Origin: Candidatus Poribacteria bacterium
Lineage (GTDB): Bacteria; Poribacteria; WGA-4E; PCPOR2b
Direction of reading: 5' to 3'
Assembly (NCBI GenBank): GCA_965218095.1
Contig: OZ244587.1
Span: forward strand, 896,001 to 960,000
Length of the DNA stretch: 64,000 nucleotides
The notes beneath the pieces were generated by a model. That model saw nothing but the letters and a program-made list of their open reading frames with translations, was not told the origin of the DNA and did not search any database. Made by a program: the position numbers and the translations under genes. This document shows, in pieces, positions 43,003 through 52,300 of this stretch (position 1 is its first letter; each line of letters begins with the position of its first letter).

Positions 43003-44619
43003 TCACTCCACAATCCTCGCTTCTTTATCCCGACAGATGACGACATGCTTTTTCCACTTAACATCATCCCTTTCGGGAAAATCCTCCCGGTAGTGGGCGC
43101 CTCGGCTTTCCGTGCGTATGATTGCCGCTTTCGTGATCAACGCCGCAACATCGCGTATATTTTGGAATTCAAACCCTTCGATGCTGTCCCAATCACAATT
43201 CAGATCTAATTCCGCCAATTCATCGGTGGCCGCCTCCAGATCATCCCGGCACCTGAAAATCCCAGCGTTCTGCCACATGGTCTCTTGAATGATTTTTTTG
43301 GCGGCTTCAACGTCAAATTCCCGGGGTGCGGCTTGATACGTTGAAACTTCATCATCAGACCGAATCCGTAGCTTTGTATAGTCTTCCTCCCCGATCGTCT
43401 GGGCATACTCAACCGCAGCATTCGCAGCCCGCGCTCCAAACACCAGACACTCAAGCAAAGAATTGCTCGCTAGTCGATTTGCCCCATGAACGCCCGTGCA
43501 GGCAACCTCCCCGCAGGCGTAAAGCCCCCGGATGTTCGTCTCGGCGTTTAGATTCGTGCGGACGCCTCCCATCATAAAATGTGCTCCTGATCGAACCGGG
43601 ATGACATCTGTTGTAATGTCAATGCCATAATGACGGCAGGTGTGATAGATCGTTGGAAAGCGACTCCCTATGAAGTCGGGTGATAAATGGGTCACGTCCA
43701 GATAAACACAAGGCGATGCCGTTAATTGCATCTCGTTAAGAATCGCACGGCTCACGACATCACGCGGCGCAAGCTCCTCCATCTCATGGTATTTCCCCAT
43801 AAACTGTTCACCGCGCGAATTGATTAAGACGCCGCCCTCTCCACGCACCGCTTCAGAGATCAAGAAGTAGGGCACACCCATCAGGAACAGGGTTGTTGGG
43901 TGAAACTGGACAAATTCCATATCCATCATTTCACAGCCTGCTCGCCACGCCGCTACAAAACCGTCCCCCGTAGCAACATCGGGGTTGGAGGTGCATTGAT
44001 AGACACGTCCAACCCCGCCTGACGCGAGGATGGTGGCTTTAGCAAAAATGCAGTGAAGCGTGTCCTCGATAAGCGCAACCACGCCGTAGCACCTATCCGC
44101 TTGCGTGATAAAGTCGATAGCGAAGGCGTGCTCGATTACCTGCACCCGATCTTGCGTCTTGAGGTGATTGGCTAGCACATTTGCCGTCTCTTGACCGGTG
44201 GAATCGCCACGGTGGACAATACGTCGTCGTTGATGTGCCGCTTCCCTTGTGAATCCGAGCGCCTCCCCCTCCCGGTCGAAGTTTGCTCCCCATTTAATCA
44301 TCTCCGAGACCCGTTGAATGCCTTCTTCGACCATAATCCTGACGGCGGTTTTATTGCAGAGCCCAACCCCCGCTTTGAGTGTATCTTCAGCGTGGAAAGC
44401 AATTGTGTCATCCGCACTCATGGCAACAGCAATTCCGCCTTGTGCATAGCGTGTGTTGCTCTCTTTCAAGACACTTTTGGTAATCAACAGAACATCGCCA
44501 TGCTGATTGGCTTCAATCGCTGCCCTTAGCCCCGCACTCCCGCTGCCAATCACCAGAAAATCGGTCTCGATTCGCCGTAATTTCTCTGAATCAAAACGGA
44601 CAATATATTGATGACTCAT
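43003..44619 (-). CDS. nadB: L-aspartate oxidase
   Basis: IGSGSAGL, AQGGIA, QFHPT, SEAVRGEG, LAPRDVV, HGANRLASNSL, ESRGAH. Confidence 0.96.
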   Translation of the reverse strand: MSHQYIVRFDSEKLRRIETDFLVIGSGSAGLRAAIEANQHGDVLLITKSVLKESNTRYAQGGIAVAMSADDTIAFHAEDTLKAGVGLCNKTAVRIMVEEGIQRVSEMIKWGANFDREGEALGFTREAAHQRRRIVHRGDSTGQETANVLANHLKTQDRVQVIEHAFAIDFITQADRCYGVVALIEDTLHCIFAKATILASGGVGRVYQCTSNPDVATGDGFVAAWRAGCEMMDMEFVQFHPTTLFLMGVPYFLISEAVRGEGGVLINSRGEQFMGKYHEMEELAPRDVVSRAILNEMQLTASPCVYLDVTHLSPDFIGSRFPTIYHTCRHYGIDITTDVIPVRSGAHFMMGGVRTNLNAETNIRGLYACGEVACTGVHGANRLASNSLLECLVFGARAANAAVEYAQTIGEEDYTKLRIRSDDEVSTYQAAPREFDVEAAKKIIQETMWQNAGIFRCRDDLEAATDELAELDLNCDWDSIEGFEFQNIRDVAALITKAAIIRTESRGAHYREDFPERDDVKWKKHVVICRDKEARIVE

Positions 44620-44711
44620 TATGAATTTGACGCGATCGCGAGGACCGCATGCTACGCACTTTCGTTTAAGCTTTGAAAACAGCGCCTAATCCGACAGCTA
44701 ATCGAGCAACC

Positions 44712-45122
44712 TTAGAAAACACCAGCAACCTTTATAACCTTTCCGTTCCCTTCGGCAACCCGCGTTCCATCTTCCAAATCAATATACGCTTCAGCCTCAA
44801 TGAGGCGTTTGGTAATTTTGACCCGATTGGCCGTAACGATTAATTTATTTCCTGTCAATGCAGGCCTCTTGAATCGTATTTCAAGTTGTGCTGTCACGGC
44901 GGGGCCATCAAAGCTCGCAACGCCCACATAGGTAATGGCCTCGTCCAGGAGCGTGCTCAGGATGCCACCGTGTATAACATTTGCCCAGCCTTGAAAATGG
45001 CCTGATGGGGTACACTCGATCTTGACCTGCGTCCCATCGGGAGCAATATCCGGATCTACTTGCAAGCCAAACGGGTTTTCCTTACCACAAGCAAAACAAC
45101 GGTGGTTGTTCTCAACACGCAT
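44712..45122 (-). CDS. PaaI family thioesterase
   Basis: CFACGKENPFGL, HGGILSTLLDE. Confidence 0.9.
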   Translation of the reverse strand: MRVENNHRCFACGKENPFGLQVDPDIAPDGTQVKIECTPSGHFQGWANVIHGGILSTLLDEAITYVGVASFDGPAVTAQLEIRFKRPALTGNKLIVTANRVKITKRLIEAEAYIDLEDGTRVAEGNGKVIKVAGVF

Positions 45123-45364
45123 CCGTCAAATCCCTTAGACCAGAAGTTGCCTTGTCGAATGTATGACCTCGCAGCAACAGAAAAAATGCTCTCGCTCGAA
45201 ACTTGTGCAATAACCTCTTGCAATTGGACAAGGCGTTCAGTAATCTCCTGAACTTGTTGTGATTGTGGGTATTCTTTGGCCAATTTCTCCCAATCATCGA
45301 ATGCGACAGTATACCGTCCTTCTTCAAATGAGATTTGACCTGGCCAAACCCCTGAGCTGTCTTA

Positions 45365-45492
45365 GAGCCTATCTAAAAAGTCTGGGGGCAAACATCAAAC
45401 CAACCCCGATTAGGACAGCGTTGGTGTCCGAAATGATGAATTTTCGTCAATGCCCGTAAACACTGGGTTAATCTGAATTATTAGATAGGCTC
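45365..45492. mobile_element. 128-bp MITE, IS5 family (IS1031-like ends)
   Basis: TIR GAGCCTATCTAA / TTAGATAGGCTC, flanked by TTA duplication. Confidence 0.8.
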
Positions 45493-45720
45493 TTATACGG
45501 TCACGTATCATTTTTTGTCTTTCCAATAAGATTGGAAGAACGTCTATTTCAAAATGAGATTCAGGTTCGGATTTTGTAACAATGGCACCCGTTGTTCCTG
45601 TTATTTTGATTTTTATGACTGAACTTATTGCGGGTAGTTTCTTGGAAGTCTAATAGAGCGCAGAGAAGAATTTCCTCGTTAAGGTGCAAGATATTCTTCA
45701 CTTTTTAGATGGTCAGCCTA

Positions 45721-45871
45721 AGGCGTTACGCACTTCTTGATCAAGCCTCTCTGCACCTGCATCTTGAATCCTGATCATGACACACGATACAAGTCGATGA
45801 GCAGTCGGCACCCCTGATCCATCGGGGATGCAGATAAATCGTGAAAGACTGGAACTAACTGCGTAACTCCT
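45721..45871. mobile_element. MITE-like remnant with AGGAGTTACGCA-type ends
   Basis: AGGCGTTACGCACTT versus AACTGCGTAACTCCT (13/15 inverted match); no clear TSD. Confidence 0.55.
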
Positions 45872-46031
45872 ATCCCTTTTAAGTTTCTGAGCTTAACATA
45901 AATTTACATTGTAGCACACTAGATGATAAAAGGCAAATGAAATCAAGTACTCCTCTAATCATTATAAATCGGGTTCAGCGGTCTGTCAACACCTGTTGAT
46001 CCAAAGCGGGTAATTTTTGTTGATAATTCTC

Positions 46032-46060
46032 TTGACAGAAAAGCGAATATTTTGTAAACT
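46032..46060 (+). promoter_or_regulatory. sigma70-type promoter
   Basis: TTGACA-17 bp-TAAACT. Confidence 0.65.
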
Positions 46061-46144
46061 AAGACCCTATGCAAAAAGTATATGTGCAGAAAGAGCTCTG
46101 CGCATAACACAATCCAGTTTTGAAAAGGAGAAGATTAATTAGAC

Positions 46145-47353
46145 ATGAAAAGGTTTTCAACCCTACTGATGTTTCTTATTTTGGGTGCCGGTGTTGGGTG
46201 TAACCAGGAACAACCGATTACAAATCTGGAAGTCGGTAGAGAGAAGTTGCTTGGCGCCGGCATGTCAATTGAAGCGGTCCAACACTTAAAACAGGCTGAA
46301 GTCGAAGAAGCCAAGACCGAAACCGAAAAAGTAGAGCCGCGAGCGCTATTACTCATTGCTTACTCGTATGCCCTGCTTACAGGTGATGCCCAAACTCATG
46401 GCATCGCAAACGAGTACAAACAGGAACGAGATAAACGGATAGCGTCATTAAACCAGGCCGAAATGAGAAAATTGCTTAATCTGCTTGATGAGCGGCATCG
46501 TACGCAGGACGCAACGATGCAGGCATTGGTTGACGCAGGAACAGTGGCTGTCCCGTTATTAATCGAAAGCATCGGTCGGAACAGATATGTAAAGATTCGA
46601 AATAATTTAGTCGAAATATTGCATCAGATTGGTTCCAAAGGATTGGATCAGGTTATCACTGCTGTCAGCGACGCCAATACGCCACCTGCTGTGAAGGTGA
46701 GCCTCGTCCGGTTGATTGCACGGATAAATGATCCGGGTGTAGTTCCATCCTTAGAAGCAATACGAAGCAGCAGTGATATTGGACTGAAGATGGAAATTAA
46801 CGTTACCCTTTATCAGTTTGGCAAAACAGAGTACAGGTCAGAAATCATTGGAGGTTTGAGTGAGAGCGATATCGTTGCGCGTCGGGCTGCTGCAAAGGCG
46901 TTGCCCATCATTAATGATGCTCCAAAAGATGAAATGATCAAAGCTCTCAGGGATTCTGATGCGAAAGTCCGTATGTATTCGGCACAAGGACTGGAAAAAT
47001 TTCCGACTCAAAACGCCATCAAGCCTCTCATCGAAATCCTTAAAGATAATACGGAGGAAGAGAATGTCAAACAAGCAGCGGTAAAAGCTTTGATTGCTCA
47101 TGGTGAACACGACTTTGGGAAAATTTTAGCACGGCGTTTAATTCAGGAATTACCCCATGCGAGTGAGCCAAACGATCGGATCCGGATGGTTCAGGTTCTC
47201 AAAAGCGATGCAGTTCAACAGCAGATTAAGACTGCCCCGAAAGCACATGATGATAATATTGAATATGATCTCTATCTGTATTATCATGAAAAAGAACAGA
47301 ACGATATGGTTAAAGAAGAGCTGAATGTCTTACTGAACGCGCTGGGGAACTAA
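46145..47353 (+). CDS. HEAT-repeat lipoprotein
   Basis: Lipobox GVGC; repeats such as DIVARRAAAKAL and DAKVRMYSAQGL; AAGGAG RBS. Confidence 0.8.
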   Translation: MKRFSTLLMFLILGAGVGCNQEQPITNLEVGREKLLGAGMSIEAVQHLKQAEVEEAKTETEKVEPRALLLIAYSYALLTGDAQTHGIANEYKQERDKRIASLNQAEMRKLLNLLDERHRTQDATMQALVDAGTVAVPLLIESIGRNRYVKIRNNLVEILHQIGSKGLDQVITAVSDANTPPAVKVSLVRLIARINDPGVVPSLEAIRSSSDIGLKMEINVTLYQFGKTEYRSEIIGGLSESDIVARRAAAKALPIINDAPKDEMIKALRDSDAKVRMYSAQGLEKFPTQNAIKPLIEILKDNTEEENVKQAAVKALIAHGEHDFGKILARRLIQELPHASEPNDRIRMVQVLKSDAVQQQIKTAPKAHDDNIEYDLYLYYHEKEQNDMVKEELNVLLNALGN

Positions 47354-47667
47354 AGGCTGTGGGGAAATGTCTGTGTCCTCTTATTTCCGCGTGTGTCTCC
47401 TACTGGTTCGTAAGTTCGACCTTGGGTTTATGGAGTGCAAGGTGATGAAGACTAAAAAATCAATCCGGTAATCGAAACGCCTTGAACTGAGGTTCAGACG
47501 AATCACTCAAGTTCACTCGAAGTAGATTAACACGTAGTCTTAGTCGTCTCAAAAGGACAGTCGCTAAAGTGTAATTGACGAAATAAATTTCCAACGATTA
47601 TCTTGATCTTCTTTGTCCCAACACAAATTTTGTACTCCAAATGAGCCCACCGATTTCTTACACTTAA

Positions 47668-49157
47668 TAGGACTTACGCAAGCTCCATACGAATCGCAGG
47701 AGATTTGAGTTGTTGTCGTAAATACTCCTCCAACACTCCGTGTTTGACCTGATAAATGGTTTGCTGGGTCTGATACGCCACGTGCTCGAGCCGAATCCAA
47801 ACGAATAATGCACAACCAATATGGTTGCGAACAAACCGTGCCACTCGGCATTGACAACCTTCAACTCTTGTCAACTGTTTGGCTTGCCGGTGAAATTGCT
47901 CAATCTTCCAGCGCTAGTTACACGCCTGTTGTGCAACCGAAGTGTCGTTTTGAGCCAAGTCGTTGGCCACAACATAATCCGTGCGTCTGTTAGAAGACGC
48001 GACCCAGAAAAGTTTCACCCCCGATCTTATCGGGATTCAGAGCACCTTGTGATGCTTGGGAAATCCGCTGATTTTGAGAAGTTTCCCGCGTCGGATTTCG
48101 GTCTCACTCCACTGCAATCCATCAACACACGGGTAAGGCTTTTGCGCATTGGAATCATCCACCCCGATAAGATCGGGATTCGAAGCAACCTGACGATTGG
48201 ATTTCAGCGGGCAATAGTAATGTTTTCGGAGCCGCTCAATGTGTATCATCAAATCTTTGGTGGCATACCAGCAATCCATAAGGAGAGTTGCTTGTGATAA
48301 ACTAGGTTCTGTTGACATTTCAAGGGAGCCATATAAGAGTGGCGACAAAGCTGAGAAATCCAAAATAACGGACAGCTAGCTTCTCAAACCGAGAGACAAA
48401 CCGAGAGAAGATACGACGATACCATTTTATCTTGTTGATGAAACATTCAACCCGATGTCTCTCTTTGTATAAGTGTTTGTCATACGTTCTTTGGTCAACA
48501 CGATGACTTTTTGGCGGTATCACCGCAATCGCTCCATTCGCCTCAATAACGGCGATAAAAGCGTCCGAATCGTACCCCTTGTCTCCAATCACATATTCAC
48601 TGTTATATCCGATTATCAACCCTTCCGCCTCAGTTATGTCATGTCTCTGACCGGGTGTCAGATGAATTCTTAGGGAATTGCCTAGTCCGTTAACTGTGAT
48701 GTGAATTTTTGTACTGAAACCGCCCCGAGACCGACCTAATGCTTGGTTTTCAGTGCCACCGTTTTTTTAAGGCACCAGCCGCACACGGGTGAGCGCGGCA
48801 GATGGTACTGTCCACAATAAGCGACTCGATATCGGGGTCAGAGGCAAAGTGGGGGGGCATCTGTGTGAAGATACCTTTGTCGCACCACCGAGCAAACCGC
48901 TTGTAGCGGGTGTTCCATTTGCCATAGGTGTCTGGTAGAAGTTTCCATTGAGCACCGCTACGAGTCACCCACAGGACGGCTTCGACGAAGCGGCGTGTAG
49001 CAGCTTCGTCGCCAACATAGATGGTGGGACAGCTAAGAAGAAACCGGTATATCTTATTCCATTGTTCATCAGGTAAGGTTATTGGCGTCATTCTTCTATT
49101 ATGCCACAACCTTATACTCAAATGTCAACAGAACCTATTTATTTTGCGTAAGTCCTA
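47668..49157 (-). mobile_element. Internally deleted IS701-family element carrying a nested IS5
   Basis: TIR TAGGACTTACGCA / TGCGTAAGTCCTA; 6-bp TSD ACTTAA; C-terminal transposase remnant (LMDCWY, RWKIEQFHR, CQCR, RNHI) at about 47674-48302. Confidence 0.85.
48305..49135 (-). mobile_element. IS5 family (IS427-like) element, 831 bp, two-ORF transposase (49091-48750 joined by frameshift to the frame ending 48320)
   Basis: 16-bp perfect TIR GGTTCTGTTGACATTT; TA on both flanks; motifs GAQW..LP, VDST, GRSRGG, DKGYDS, YKERHRVE. Confidence 0.92.
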
Positions 49158-49321
49158 ACTTAAAAATAGCCCGCTGCGGTTCTTTCCCTTCCCATTATGA
49201 AGTTCAGTTCTTAGCTTGGAGGCAAGCGAGCTCTGGCTGATTCGCAAATGGGCGCTTCACACGATCCGACTTCCCTTTCTATCCAAGCCTAGTTACTATT
49301 GGTGCTCATCTGATTTTCCAT

Positions 49322-52300
49322 ATGAAAAAACGAAACGCACTTTTAATTCTGGTCACAATTATTCTTATTGCCCTCATCATTGGGGGCTTTTTTTTCTTGC
49401 GGTCTTCCTATCTCCTGAATCAGACCCGTCTGGTGTTAGAAACTCAACTTGAAAAACAGTTAAAACATCCGGTTACAATCGGGCATATATCGGGAAATAT
49501 GTTGACTGGTTTGAATATCGAACAGTTTGAAATTTCGGATTCGTTTGCAGAAAATCCCGCTCTAATTTCTCTTGATGAGATTGCAGTTAAATATAGATTA
49601 TGGAGCTTACTGCGGGGTAAATTCCTCATTACTCGGCTTGATTTGAAGGCACCCCAGGTCAATGCTCGTATAGATTCGGACGGCAATCTCAATTTGGCAA
49701 AGCTAATTCCGAAAGAGGGGACAGAATCGAGCGGCAAACTCCCTGTCCAGCCGTTAATATCTGATATCAGTGTCGAAAATGGCGCCATCAATTTTGACGA
49801 TGTAAAGCGGGCATTCAAAATTGCAATCAGTGGAATTCACAGTCACAGTCGTATTGATGGCCCGCTAGCGGGATGGAAGCATATCGGCAGCTTAGAGGTG
49901 CGAGACGGGCGTTTTGAACTGAATGGCGTTGAAACTCAGATTGATGAATTCAAAACTGAATTTGAGCTGCAAGAGAACGAGGGAGCGCTGCAATCATTCC
50001 GTTTGGCGCTGGGAAATTCCCTCCTGACCGTCGCTGGCAAAGCGACCAACCTTAGTAAACAATCCCCACTTGTAGAAACGCAGGTTCAACTCACCCTCGA
50101 TTTCCACGACGTGCAAAAAATCCTATCCACTCAAGAGGAGATAGAAGGGGTAGCAGAGGTAAACGTTGAAGCGAGTGGCACGATATCGGAAATCGTCGGA
50201 CAGCTCGGGTTCAAACTCCCCTTTGTCCAGTTAAACAATCTCCAGCTTGAAAACTTGATTGTGCAAGCTGAGTTCACACCAAAAAGTTTCCGTATTACCC
50301 AAATTGATGGGACGCTTGCATCAGGAAAACTAACAGGTGGGGCAGAGATCAACATTAATCCCGAAGGCGTTGATTCGCAGAACCTTGCGTACAAAGGATG
50401 GCTGCAACTTGCTTCCCTCCGGGCTGAACAGCTTCTACCGATGATCATTGACCTCCCTGAAGATTTTTTAGTCGTCAAGGGTAGGGTGGATGGTAAGATT
50501 CAATTCAGTGGCAGTAGTTCAGATCCACACGATATCGAGCTTGATGGCAACCTGAAATTGACCGATGCAGCGCTGAATGACGTACCAATCCGTGTTTCAG
50601 GGGCGCACTACATGATTGATGATGACCGCTTATCGCTTACCGCGAACCTCGACGAAGCGCAAATTGAACTCAATGGCAAACTCGGATTAGCCAGCCAGCA
50701 CGATCTGGATCTACGCATTACGAGCATCGATGTCGGAAAACTCGCACAGATTTTGCGGATACCCGATTTGGCTGGTGATGGGATATTCACCGGAAAAAGC
50801 ACCTCCGAAGTTTTGCTATCGGCTCACCTCAATATCCCGGAGGCGACATTGTTTGATGTGCCGATCGGCGTTTTGACAGCAGATTTTCATTACGCTGATG
50901 ATCGCGTTTTTCTGCATCCGGTACGCCTTATCAAGGGAGAAAGTGAATTAATTATAGAAGGAGTCGCCTGGCCTGAGGGGGATGTTCCTGTCGAATTGAC
51001 GGCGCGTATGCAGCCATTTCAGATTGCAGACTATGTCAGACTTGCAGGGGCAGATTATCCGATCGAGGGGGTAGCAACCGGAACGTTGGTGTTGGACGGG
51101 ACTTTAGGGTGCCTTGACGGTCGCGGGACGCTTCAGATTGTGAACGGAAAGGCATGGGATCTGGCGCTAGATCCGTTGACGCTTCCGTTAGAGATTGAAG
51201 ATTATGTCGTCAAAATCTCAGATTTCGAGTTATTGACTCGTGGACAGCGGGGTATCCTCACCGCACAGATCAATGCAGATCTGGACTATGAGATCGAGTT
51301 CCAGAGTGAGCCGATGCGACTGGGGGAGATTGCCCTTGCACGCAGGATGACAGACTTCCAATTGGACGCAGAGCTCGTCGTTAAAGCGAATGGCAAAGCA
51401 AACGCAAACGATCCACGGGTTAATCTGAGCGCTGACATCTCAAGTATCACCTATGCTGGAAAGCCACTGGCTGATGTCTATATTACTGGCGCCTTCATGA
51501 ACAATGCACTGAACTTTGAAGGCGCAGGCTTTGATGATACCTGCCAAATTCGCGGGGTATTGGAATCAGCAGCGGGAAGTCCGTATCAGATTGCGGTTGA
51601 TGGTACAGGGGTAGACGTTCTTCCTTTCCTGCGAATCTTTGACGATGCCCTTGGGGACTATATCACAGGCACAGCAGATGGAAACCTTGACGCCGCTGGA
51701 GCTCTGGAAGATCCAACACAATTTAAGTTAAAGATGTCCCTATCCAGGCTTGCCCTTGGGATCAATGAGCAGCAGTTGATTAACCCCTCTCCTATCAACC
51801 TGAACTTCGCAGACAACCTTTGGCAAATCCAATCCTTTGCGCTTGCCGATAGACGCGATCTCCGCCCATTCCTCAATGCGTCAGGCGCTTTTCGCGTCGA
51901 ACCTGCGAAGGGTTCTCCCTCTTTAGAAGGTCTTGAACTCTCGGTTTACCGGAGGGAAGTTAGCAGGAGGCGGCAAATGGACGAATTACGCAATACGCTT
52001 GATTTCACCGTAGAATCCGACGGTTTCGCACTCGAATACTTAGCCGACGTGTTGGCGTTGCCGCCGGTTATCTCAGGTACAGCAAGCTACAAACTCACAG
52101 GGAGCGGGAGATTTGACAACCCGCAATTGGCGTTGGATTGGGCGATTCCCAATCTCTCCCTCGAAACACCTGTTGGTCCCATTGCGGTCAGTGAGGCAGA
52201 AGGGCAGTTGGTCTATCAGGATGGAAGCCTGACTATTAACCTGTTCGATTTTCTGTTGCTTGGCAATCCGGTAGGAGTGCAAGGCGATGTGCAGGTAGCA

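Noticed and set aside
45770-45795. CxxCH motif on the minus strand
   Set aside because: Lies in a short unstartable frame inside a MITE-like element; likely chance
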